A stretch of DNA of 20,000 nt from Lama guanicoe (taxonomy: Eukaryota), in assembly GCA_013239625.1 (NCBI GenBank), contig MU053493.1, forward strand, positions 297,294-317,293, read 5' to 3'. The translations under genes and the position numbers were made by a program. Of the stretch, positions 1 to 10,720 are shown in pieces (position 1 is the first letter of the stretch; each line of letters opens with the position of its first letter). Below the pieces are notes generated by a model that saw only the letters and a list, made by a program, of their open reading frames with translations, made no database searches and was not told the DNA's origin.

Positions 1-628
1 ATAGACTTTTCTCTTCCCACCTAGCCCCTTGGCTCTTGACACTCACTTGAACTTTAGGCCCACATGAAGGAATCTCAGCAGACTAAGGAAGCACCACCAA
101 AGGCAACCACTTTGGGCTGAAAAGAGTAAAAAAGGCCTACTAGAAAACAGAACTGCACATTCTGCCCACTCAGAAGGGTTTTGCAGCTGTTAAGGGTCTC
201 CTCAGATACTGGCCTAAAATTATGTCACTGCCTTATCAGATTACATGTTAAAGCAAAAGAAAATTAAAAGTCTCCTCCAAAATATTGATAAATAAGCCAT
301 TTTAACTTATCCCCTTGCCTGCAACAGAATTCAAATGAAAATATAAAGTGAAGATAAACCAGTGAGGTTGAATTACTACGTTTTACTATCTCATAGATAA
401 AATTTTCTAATGAAAGATGTAAGATGTCCGTTTCCACATGTCTATAATTTAGGTACATTTACATGTTTTTGTACATATTTATGTATGTTAAATATATAAG
501 TTTTTTCTCTCCCTCTGGATGATATTATTAAGTTAATTTATAAAATCCTTTAATGGAGTTGTATTCAAATCAGCTTACAGATAAATGCTCATTTCTGTAA
601 ATTAAGTATTCCTAAACACTTGGTAATA

Positions 629-703
629 CAGTCAGTACTCAGTATACAATGTTTTTTCATCCATGGATTCAACCAATTGCAGATCAAAGATATTAAAAAA
701 AAA
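629..703 (-). mobile_element. MER2/MER2B-family (TcMar-Tigger) MITE, left part
   Basis: TA at 627-628, then CAGTCAGTACTCAGTATAC...TCATCCATGGATTCAACCAATTGCAGATCAAAGATATT. This resembles the recalled MER2 end CAGTCGGCCCTCCGTATCC...CATCCGTGGATTCAACCAACCGCGGATCGAAAATATT. Confidence 0.8.
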
Positions 704-704
704 C

Positions 705-952
705 TATTTCTATTTTATTTGCTGTAATTTCTTCATTTTCCTTTCTTATTTTGCTTATTTGTGCTCTCTCATTTTTCTTCTTCGTGAATTTGGCAAGAGG
801 TTTCTCGATTTTATTTACTTTTTCAAAAAACCAGTTTTTGGTTTGATTGATTTTTTCTATTATTTTAATCTCTATTTTGTTTATTTCCTCCCTGATCTTT
901 ATTATTTCCTACCTTCTGTTGCCTTTTGGGGATTTTTACTCTTCTTTTTCTA
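705..952 (-). mobile_element. LINE-1 ORF2 fragment, inverted 5' segment of a twin-primed insertion
   Basis: Minus strand translates as [74 protein letters not shown], the L1 ORF2 linker between endonuclease and RT. Confidence 0.9.
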
Positions 953-2697
953 AAAAAAATGGAAAAAATATCCCATACTCTTGGAATGGAAGACACAATA
1001 TTGTTAAAATGGTCATGTTGACCAAGGCAATCTACAGATTTAATGCAATCCCTATCAATTTACAGAGGACATATTTCACAGAACTCCAACAAATCATAAT
1101 TAAATTTATATGGAACCATCAAAAACCTACAATTGCCAAAGTATTACTGAAGAAAAAGAATGAAGCTGGAGGAATAACTCTCCCAGACTTCAGACAATAC
1201 TATGGAGCTACAGTCATCAAGACAGCATGGTATTGGTACAAAAACAGACATATAGACCAATGGAACAGAATAGAGAGCCCAGAAGTGAACCCACAAACTT
1301 TTGGTCAACTAATCTTCCACAAAAGAGGCAAGAATATACAATGGAATAAAGACAGCCTCTTCAGCAAATGGTGTTGGGAAAACTGGATGGCAGCATGTAA
1401 AGCAATGAAACTAGAACACTCCCTTACACCATACACAAAAATCAACTCAAAATGGATCAAAGACTAAGACATAAGACAAGATACAATAAACCTCCTTGAG
1501 GAAAATATAGGCAAAATATTATCTCACATACATCTCAAAAATGTTTTCCTAGAACAGTCTATTCAAGCAATAGAAATAAAAGCAAGAATAAACAAATGGA
1601 ACCTGATAAAACTTTCAAGCTTCTGTACAGCAAAGGAAACCATAAGTAAAACAAAAAGACAATGTACGGAATGGGAGAAAATGTTTACAAATGAAACTGA
1701 CAAAGGCTTGATCTCCAGAATATATAAGCAGCTCATACGTCTTAATAAGAAAAAAAAAAAGCAACCCAATCCAAAAATGGGCAAAAGACCTAAACAAGCA
1801 ATTCTCCAAGGAAGACATACAAATGTTCACTAGGGACATGAAAAAATGCTCAATATCACTGATTATCACAGAAATGTAAATCAAAACTACAATGAGGTAT
1901 CACCTCACACCAGTCAGAATGGCCATCATTCAAAAATCCACAAATGACAAATACTGTAGAGGCTGTGAAGGAAAGGGAATCCTCCTGCACTGCTGGTGGG
2001 AATGCAGGTTGGTGTAGCCATGTGGAAAACAGTATGGAGATTCCTCAAAAGATTAGAAATAGACTTACTGTATGACCCAGGAATCCTGCTTCTGGGCATA
2101 TATTCAGAAGGAACCCTACTACAAAATGACACCTGCACCCCAATGTTCATAGCAGCACTATTTACAATAACCAAGACATGGAACAGCCTAAATGTCTATC
2201 AACAGATGACTGGATAAAGAAGCTATGGTGTATTTATACAATGGAATACTACTCAGCCTTAAAAACTGACAACATAACGTCAATTGCAGCAACGTGGCTG
2301 TCCCTGGAGAATGTCAATGTAAATGAAGTAAGCCAGAAAGAGAAAGAAAAATACCATATGAGATAGCTCATATGTGGAATCTAAAATTAAAAGCATACAA
2401 ACAAAACAGAAATACAAAACAGAAATAGACTCATAGATACAGAATACAAATTTGTGATTGCCAAGGGGGTGGGGGGTGGGAAGTGATAAACTGGGGTTTC
2501 AAAATATAGAATAGATAAACTTGATTATAGTGTATAGCACAGAGAATTATATACAATTTCTTATGGTAGCTCACAGAGAAAAAATGTGACACTGAATATA
2601 TATATGTTCATGTATAACTGAAAAATTGTGCTCTACACTGGAATTTGACACAACATTGTAAAATGATTATAAATTAATAAAAAATGTTTAAGAAAAA
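953..2697 (+). mobile_element. LINE-1 3' portion: ORF2 C-terminus (pseudogenised), 3' UTR and short A tail
   Basis: ORF2 motifs [51 protein letters not shown] and WCIYTMEYYSA, with stops and frameshifts. ORF2 ends near 2384. G-rich tract near 2465-2480, AATAAA at 2676-2681. Confidence 0.97.
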
Positions 2698-2901
2698 GCA
2701 AAAAGCAAAACTTGGATTTGTCCTCTACCAGCAAGAATTGACATATCATTTACATTATAGTGAAAATTGTAATTTATCTAGAAGCTATGTAAGTATACAG
2801 GAAATAGGACACAATTTTATAATATGAACTTGACTATCCATGTATTTTTACATTCATGGGGGCTATGGAGCCAATTTTCTGAGGATACCCAAGAATGACT
2901 G
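2698..2901 (-). mobile_element. MER2/MER2B-family MITE, right part
   Basis: AAAAGCAAAACTTGGATTTG...CATTTACATT...ATCTAGA...AAGTATACAGGA...GGATACCCAAGAATGACTG. The terminal GACTG is the inverted counterpart of CAGTC at 629. It is followed by CA, a probably mutated TA target-site duplication. Confidence 0.8.
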
Positions 2902-3768
2902 CATAGAAAAAAACATGTTTTATTAAAATTTATAAAGTTATAAAATTTTATTTGGGACAATGTTTATAATAAAGCTATTTTCCAAAACTTGTCAAAATAA
3001 AAACAAGCAAACAGGAATGTCTTCAGATCAACTAAAGCAGGCATACACCTTCTTTCTACCTAGGTTTACTAGACAAAGAAGTTTAAGTTATCTCTTCTTG
3101 ATGGTTAAGGTTATAAAATTATAAATTCAAACAAAGAAAAAATTATGCAATAAAATTAGTTTTTGATATATTTTCAGCCCAGTATGTAAAAAAAATAAAT
3201 GAAAACAAAAAAAAGTGCTGTATATTTAACCTTTAATTTCTTTGCTTCTGTGATTTTTTTTGATAGGTGCCTAATTTGTCAACAAAAAAGTAACTCAGGA
3301 TTATGACTAGGTTTGTTTAGTTCATGAACTTCTCATGATCAGTTCAAACATAACCATTCATTACAAGTGATTAAATAGATGTGAATGAATAAAAGTTTCA
3401 AAATAAACTTCAACAATAATTATGTTTTATAGGAGTAAGTCCACTTAAAACTAGTCCTGCAAAATTTTTAGTAACTTGAAACTTTAAAGTTATATTATGT
3501 GATGGTAAATCATATATATTTGTTGAATATCTAGAGCATTTCTAAATAAAATATTTAAACATTAATTGCTGAACAAACATTTATCTACTTTTTATGCTAT
3601 TGAATTGTTTTTTATTGAAGTATAGTTAAAAGTTTGTCTACTTTTGGCAATTTTTAAATAAATTATAGAGAAGCTAAACATATTTGAGTCTGTTTATAAA
3701 AAATAAATTGTACTGTGAAAATGCATTACTTTTAATATTTATGAATTCTGTATTAGTAAATTTGGTTC

Positions 3769-4115
3769 TGAAGGTGAAAAACCCACAAAGGGACCAGGAA
3801 GACCTCCCAGGAAGGGCCTTTGCCTACCTGCTTTTGGGCTTCTTCAAAATGGCTTGCTTCTAGGAAAATGAAATTTACCCCTAAAATCCCATTGGTTCCC
3901 AAAAGCTCCTACTGATTGGTCCATTTTTAACACCACATTTGTGTATGGTATGGACTTAATTGAAACCTAAAACCCTATAAAATCATATGTAAACCTACAG
4001 ACGGGTCCAGAGCTTGGACTGTTAAATCCTTTGGGCTAACCAGGAAAATAAACCTGAGTTATACAACCCTCTGAGTGCTGCTTGGTCTCTCAACAGGATT
4101 CATGTTTCTGCAACA
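3769..4115 (+). repeat. 5' LTR (about 347 bp)
   Basis: Starts TGAAGG and ends GCAACA. Homologous to 11738-12061. Contains reverse CCAAT boxes (ATTGG 3891-3895, 3915-3919), TATAAAA 3976-3982 and AATAAA 4047-4052. Confidence 0.92.
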
Positions 4116-4119
4116 TTTC

Positions 4120-4137
4120 TGGAGGCACCAGTAAGAT
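4120..4137 (+). promoter_or_regulatory. Primer binding site, tRNA-Thr
   Basis: TGGAGGCACCAGTAAGAT lies 4 nt after the LTR. It matches the tRNA-Thr(TGT)-type PBS TGGAGGCCCCAGCGAGAT at 15 of 18 positions, and two mismatches fall on a CpG. Confidence 0.8.
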
Positions 4138-4485
4138 TCCAACTGTGCTGGTCCCTTGAGCCACCAGGGCAATGTAGCAACCACTTGGAGGTCGGGGAAC
4201 CCCAAAAGTGAATGAGGCAGCCCACCACCCAATGGTATTCTGGGTCCTCCCTCACTGAGGTGGTTAAGTCCTCTGGGCAGCTGAACCCTGACTGGATTCG
4301 GTGGATGGATTGATCAACTCACCAGGGAGCACTTCCTTACCAGGTAGGAACCAGGGAATAGTACATAGTCAGGTCCTGTTCCAGTGGACAGAAGAGGAGA
4401 CTGATCACCTCTTAAGGGTTCCCTGATTGGGAACATAGGTCAGGAATCCTCCAGTTGGGGGTGGAATGTGAAATTAACCTCTCAT

Positions 4486-4507
4486 TGTGTGTGTGAGTGT
4501 GTGTGTG
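4486..4507. repeat. (TG)n dinucleotide tract in the ERV leader
   Basis: TGTGTGTGTGAGTGTGTGTGTG seen directly. Confidence 0.85.
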
Positions 4508-5326
4508 GCCTGATCCACTTGCCCCTCAGGTTCAAGTCTGTAGCTCCACGGTGCTATGCTAAGGAATTTGAGTGAGTCCCAACCTGCCATTCTGTGGTGA
4601 CTTCATATGTCTCAGGGTGGTATTGACCCTTCAAGGTATCGATCAGTGTCAGTGGATTATACTGACCCACCAATGCTAAGAGGCACCAACGTTCCCAAGA
4701 GAGGATTGGCCAGGCAGATGCAACAAAAGTCCCTCCCTTTGTCTTGTCTGTGACACCAGCACAGGCTGGCCTCACAGGGAGGGAAAGGGATGTAGATCAT
4801 CCCATGAGTAAGCGACCCCTGTGCTCTCAGGGACAAGGCATGAATTCTTTGAGAAAGTTTCCAACATGACCATATCATCAGACCTCTGAGATATTTTGTT
4901 GTGATTAGTGAACCAGCCCCAGTACTGCCCTTTCTGTCTGACATTGAGATCTCAAGATGTGAGCCAGGAAGGGCTTCCCTAGGACTGACTGCACCCCTTC
5001 TTGGAGGCCACTTTTTGGTCCACTTGTTTTGTCACTGGCCTGCCATTCCACCCCCATGCTTCATCAGTTCAGGTTATAGAGAGGTCTTTATACAAGGGCC
5101 CTTGAAATTTATCCAAGCACTAGCATTTGTCAGAGATTTCTTTCCTGGGAGAAACCCTGACTCATTGGCAATGCTTGCAGCCAAGCAGATATTAGACCGG
5201 TGAGGCAGCTGGCTTTTGGGGAGCTCCACTGTTTTGAGGAGTGGGGGAAACAGAGATACTGGGGTCACCATCCATGTTGCCAAAAGCAGACCCACACCTA
5301 TAGGCCATAAAATATACCAGCTAACA

Positions 5327-6841
5327 ATGGAGGCCTCAAAGTCAAAGCTGACTGCTCTGGACTGCAGGATTAAACATTTCAAAAAGGTCTCAGGAGATTA
5401 TGGAGTTCAATTGATACCAGGAAAATTGCACACACTGTGCGAGCTAGAATGGCCTACGTTTGGAGTGGGATGGCCCTCAGAAGGCACATTTGACCTGCCA
5501 ACTGTCCAGGCCATATACCAAGTGATTACCAAGACCCCAGGGCACCCCAACCAATTTCCACATATTGAATCTTGCCTGACAATTGCCCAAACCTTGCCTC
5601 CATGAGTCCAGTTCTGTGTAAATGGTCAGGGACAGTGTAGGATCTTCGTGGCCCAAATATTAAAGGTGAAAAAGGAAGATATGATGAAGTTGATCCTTCA
5701 GGGGGACCCTGAAGAAGAGCTATTGATACCCTCAACATATATTCCCCCTGCTTCTATGGCTCCACCACAGCCACCGCTACTGGGTACTCCACCTCCATCT
5801 GTGTCTCCACTTCCACAACCCCTGGCTCCAAGCCAAGAGCCCATAGGGAGAAGACTTCACTCAGCCCAGTGAGTCACATAGTGAGTTGCCACCCTCCAGA
5901 TGCCTCTTTGGGAGATCCAAGGGTCCCAACAAGTAAGTGATGTTGGCTCTGTGCAACCTGGCTGCTCCATACTATACTATCAGCCATTCAGCACAACAAA
6001 TCTCTTAACCTGGTGACACCTTGCTCTGCCTAATTCAGAAAAACCTCAGGCTATGATGAGCTCCTAGGGTCTATCTTCCAGATCCACCAAACAACCTGGG
6101 ACGACATCTGTAAGCTGCTCCTAACACTAACAATGAAGAAAGACAGTGTATCCTGATAGAAACCAGAAAGTTGCTACAAGGGTGGGCTCTGAGAAGGGAC
6201 TCTAGATGCAGAAAGATTCAGCCCTCAGAAGGAAATCAAACTGGGACTTTAACACCCAAGCCAAATGAAAGGCTCAGCATGAAAAATGGAGCTCCCTCCT
6301 ACATGGGTAGTGAGCTGGAGCAAAGAAGCCAATCAAGTCCAAGATCACCATGGTGATCCAAAGGCCAGATAAGTCCCCCATGGACTTCCATGAGAGGCTA
6401 TGCAAAGCTTTTCAGATCTGCACTTCATTTGACCCCGAGACCCCTGAAAACCAGTGAACAGTCAGTGCTGCTTTCATAGCCCTGTCCTTCACTGACATCT
6501 GCCGGAAACTCCAAAAGCTAGGTTTTCCTGGATTGAATTCTACTCAACTGCTGGAGGTAGCAAACAAGATCTTCATCAACCAAGACCATGAAGCCCAATG
6601 AAAAGCTGACAAATGGATGAAACAGAAATCATCCTTGTTGGCAGCAGCACTAAGGTGTCCCAATCCAAACCGTCATCCCTCCCCACCACAGAAGGAGGTT
6701 GGATGCTGGAAAAATCAGTACCCTCATCAAGGAGAGGCAAAAATCAACCAAAGAGAAAGCGACTCACCAGTAAAGGAAAATATCAACCCAAGCCGCCCTC
6801 TGAGGGACCTCATCATATTGACATGGTTGGACTCAGACTAG
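5327..6841 (+). pseudogene. gag: ERV gag (MA, Pro-rich p12-like region, CA, NC), disrupted
   Basis: MA reads MEASKSKLTALDC..KHFKKVSGDYGVQLIPGKLHTLCELEWPTFGVGWPSEGTFD (HERV-E/ERV3-type). Pro-rich region at 5720-5870. Major homology region QRPDKSPMDFHERLCKAF near 6358-6411. Zinc-knuckle remnant KEVGCWKNQYP. Ends LDSD-TAG at 6839-6841. Multiple stops and frameshifts. Confidence 0.93.
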
Positions 6842-9800
6842 GGGTTATTGAGCTCCCTGCTCCTGGGCCCCCAGGAGCCCATGGTCGAGATGGTGGGGGG
6901 CCAACCAATGACATTTATGGTGGACATCGGTATGGAATATTCAGTGGTAACAAAACTTGTGGCCCCCTTATCTGAGAAAAAGACAACTATTTTGTGAGCC
7001 ATCCTCGATTATGCCAGCTGGGAGGACATCTGTAACTCAGAATTTCTATACCTACCAAAGCATCCCATCCCCTTTTTGGGAAGAGACTTACTACAAAAAC
7101 TGTGTGGGCTCAGATAATGTTCTTTCCAGAAAAACAAACACATCTGACTCTGAAAGGGAGGGAAGCTCTGCTCATGATGGTGATCATGCCCCAAGAAGAA
7201 GAATGGAGTTTATACCAAGTGAAAAGTGCTCAGACAATCCCTGACTCTCTGCTGAAGGGATCCCCCTCTATCTGGGCAGAAGGGGGCCTACGGTTTGGAA
7301 CAAAACCATGCACCGCTGGTAATACACCTATGACCAGGTGTGATCCTGGCCAATCTATGAAAGTATCCCATACCCAGAGAAGCCTTCCTGGGAATTCAGA
7401 AGCATATCCAGTGCTTGTGTGATGAGGGAATTCTTATAGAGTGCCAATCTCCATGGAATATGCGCCTCCCTCCCATCAAAAATGCAGAAGGAAAAGACGA
7501 TTGACCATTGCAGGATTTGCAAGTAGTCAATAGTGCTCCAACCATGATACATTCGGTGGCCCCAAACCCTTATCTGAGACTCCTACCAGCCTGAGTCAAG
7601 TGGTTCACCTGCCTACATCTCAAAGATGCTTTCTTCTGCCTCAGGCTGGCACTGGCCAGTCAGCCAATATTTCCTTTCGAGTGAGAGGACCCCCACATGG
7701 GCAGGAACACTCAGTTGACCTGGACCCACTTACCACAGGGTTTTAAAAACCCACACACCCTGTTTTGGGAAGCACTGGCCATGGACTTGACTGCTTTTCT
7801 GGGAGAAGCTCTAAACTGTACCCTGTTTCAGTATGACCTGTCCAGCCTCAATCAAGAGGACTGTTGAAAGGGAATTCGGGCCTTATTAGCCTTGTTATCA
7901 GACGCTGGCTATAAAGTCTCTTGGTAGAAGGCAAAGATCTGTAAATAGACAGTCAGTTATCTCCTGTTTATTTTCTCATAAGGACACCAGGTTTTGGGCC
8001 TGGTGCAGAAACAAGCCATTTGTGATATACCTCAGTCAGGCACAAAGAAAGAGGTCCATGAATTTCTGGGGGAAGCAGGGTTCTGCCAAATCTGGATCCC
8101 TGGCTTCTCAAACATAGCCAAGCACCTGTACAAAGGCTCCATGGGATCTGGGAAGGAAACATTTGACTGGGAACCTAAGCAGGGAGAAGCATTCAACAAG
8201 ATCAAAGAACTGCTGATGAGTGCCCCAGCGCCAGGACTACCAGATGTGATGAGAGAATTCAACTTGTTCATCCATGAAAAGAATCACACAGCCCTAGGGG
8301 TCATTACCCAAGCAATGGGGTCATGGCAGTGGCCCATAGCCTATTTGCCAAAATGCCTGGACCCAGTGGTGTTAACATGGCCACCATGCTTACGAGCATT
8401 GGTTGCAACATTAACCCTGGTCAAGGAGGCAGACAAGCTCAATCTCAGGCAGGTTATCAATGTAAAGTTTCTGCACACAGTCACCACCCTGATGAACAGC
8501 CAGGGGCATCTATGGCTGACCAACACTAGGATGACACATTACCAAGGACTCCTTTGTGAAAATCCCAGGATCCTCCTGGAGATGGTGAGAACCTTAAACC
8601 CAGCCACCTTCCTGCCCAAAGGACAGAGACCACCTGATCACAACTGTGAGGTAGTAATAAAGGAGGTCTACTCAAGCAGGCCTGATCTGTCTGATATTCC
8701 TCTCCAGAACTATAAACTTGAAATTTTTACAGATGGGACTAACTACATGCAGGATGGACAACATAAGGCAGGATATGTGGTGACCATGGCACATGAGATA
8801 TTAAAGGCAGAACCTCTACTGCAGGGCTGGATGGCACAGAAGGCAGACATATGGGCACTCATCCAGGTATTGTGAGAGGGAAAAGGAAAGCAGGTCAACA
8901 TTTACATGAACTCTCAGTATACATTTGCTACCCTGCATATACATGGTGCAATATATAAAGAAAAGGGTCTGTTAACAGCTGCAGGAAAACAGATCAAAAA
9001 TAAAGATGAGATATTACAACTGTTAGAGGCAGTTTGGGAGCCTGCAGAGGTGTTGGTCATCCACTGCAAAGGACTCCAAAAGGGAAATGATCCCATAAGC
9101 AGAAGAAACTGATTGGCAAATCAGGCTGTGCAAGAAGTGGCAAGTCAACTGGGCCATGCCAGAGATTGAGGGACCATTGTGAAGGTTCTGCTAGCACCCA
9201 AGCTGCCAGAACCTCCAAGATACAGCTGAGAGGGAAACATATGCGTCAGGACTGAAGGAGAAACCAAAGGAGAGGAAGGATTTTGGATGATGCCTGATAA
9301 ATGAATATACATACCTGAACAATTAGCCCAAAAGGTTATCCGACAGCAAGATGAACTCACCCACCTGGAAAAGACTGCCTTAGAGGCCCTGCTAGAGTGG
9401 TATTATCTGATTGCTCGACTTCCTTCCCTTTGTGTCTTAATTTCACTGTGCTGCCTCTTATGTGCCCAGAAAAATGTGAAACTGGTTCCAGCTGGGCTCA
9501 GGGGAAACCAGCACTGTGGCCAGGCCCCTTTTGAAGATAAGGAAGTGGATTTCACTGAAATATGGCCTAGTAGAGGTTACAAATATTTGCTGGTTTTTGT
9601 CTACACCTTTTCAGGATGGGTGAAGTCATATCCGACACAGACTGAAGAAGTGAGAAAAGTAACAAAGGTCTTATTCAGAGACATTATTGCCAGATTTGGG
9701 ATGCCATTGACCATAGAGTCAAAGGACCTGCATTTGTGGTGGAGATAGTACAACAAGAGGCAAAAGAGCTAAACATCCACTGGAATCTGCATGCTGCCTA

Positions 9801-10449
9801 CAGGCCCCAGAGTTCAGGGGCAGTAGAGTGCATGGGAAAAATCCTAAAGCATATTATCTCCAAACTCAGTCAGGGAACTCAACTACCTTGGACTGAGATT
9901 TTGCCCCTGGATCTCCTGCAGGTACGCTGTGTAAATTTGGACCAAGATAGGGTTCTCTCATTTTGAAATCTTGCATGGGAGACCACCTTCCCTGAGTAGA
10001 CTAGGAGAAAACATTAAGGAGGTAGGAAGTTCATAACTTCATAAGCAAATACAGGGCCTCAGAAAGACCATATGAGAGGTTCATATATGAATAACTGACA
10101 GGATTCAGTGTCACTGGGAATGACACTACAGCCCTACAAACCTGGGACCAAGTCTGGGTAAAAGATTGGAAAAAGGAGCCTCTCAAACCCACTTGGAAAC
10201 AGTCTCTACCCAGTTATATTAATCACCCGAAGAACTCTCAAATTTGCAGAAATCATCCTGTAGATTCACCACACCAGGGTGAAGAGGGCAGACCCACCTC
10301 AAAATGAGGACTTTTGGAAAATCAATCAGGTTCCTGGAGAGCCACTAAAATTCAGGATCTGTGAAATGCCCACCACACATCTGGAGAACACTGAGCCCTG
10401 CTCTTGCCACATCCTGAATATGGCTAGTAAACACACGGTGGAAGCTTGA
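6842..10449 (+). pseudogene. pol: ERV pro-pol (protease, RT, RNase H, integrase), disrupted
   Basis: In frame after the gag TAG: GPQEPMVEMVGGQPMTFMVDIGMEYSVV (protease), LGRDLLQKL, LPQGFKN, EFLGEAGFCQIWIPGFS, IFTDG (RNase H), EVDFTEI and YRPQSSGAVE (integrase), WIHH-like *IHHTRVKRA. Ends PCSCHILNMASKHTVEA-TGA at 10447-10449. Longest open stretch is 7994-8875. Confidence 0.96.
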
Positions 10450-10463
10450 AGAAATCACCAAGG

Positions 10464-10691
10464 ATGAGCTGAGACAGATTAATTGAAACACTCCTTTTAA
10501 TAGGGGTCACAACTGTGATGACTGAGCATTGCCACCCCTTGCTTCTCTCCCCCATAATAATCCCTGTTCTAACCCTCACTTTAGGACTGACTGTAGTAGC
10601 TCCTGCTGACTGGCCATACTCCAGGAAACTCCTATTGGCAGTTCCATATCTCCTTATGGTAGGATGCCTCACAAATATCCTATGCCTGTGA
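10464..10691 (+). pseudogene. Putative small hydrophobic ORF between pol and env (75 codons, one internal TGA; open from ATG 10518)
   Basis: Translates MS*DRLIETLLLIGVTTVMTEHCHPLLLSPIIIPVLTLTLGLTVVAPADWPYSRKLLLAVPYLLMVGCLTNILCL*, with three hydrophobic stretches. Coding status is inferred. Confidence 0.4.
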
Positions 10692-10720
10692 ACTGGGTCT
10701 CTCCTTGGGAAAAGCAAAGA

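Noticed and set aside
663..1467. Hydrophobic Phe/Ile-rich ORFs (663-953 and the N-terminus of 847-1467) as membrane proteins
   Set aside because: They are antisense readings of A-rich L1 ORF2 fused by the inversion to a sense ORF2 fragment.
7994..8875. 293-aa ORF as a functional or domesticated gene
   Set aside because: It is an internal RT-connection/RNase H piece of a pol full of stops, has a TTG start, and ends in a premature stop inside RNase H.
10424..10717. 97-aa minus-strand ORF as an HBZ/ASP-like antisense gene
   Set aside because: No recognisable motif; it is plausibly a shadow of the plus-strand hydrophobic frame, and this length can arise by chance.
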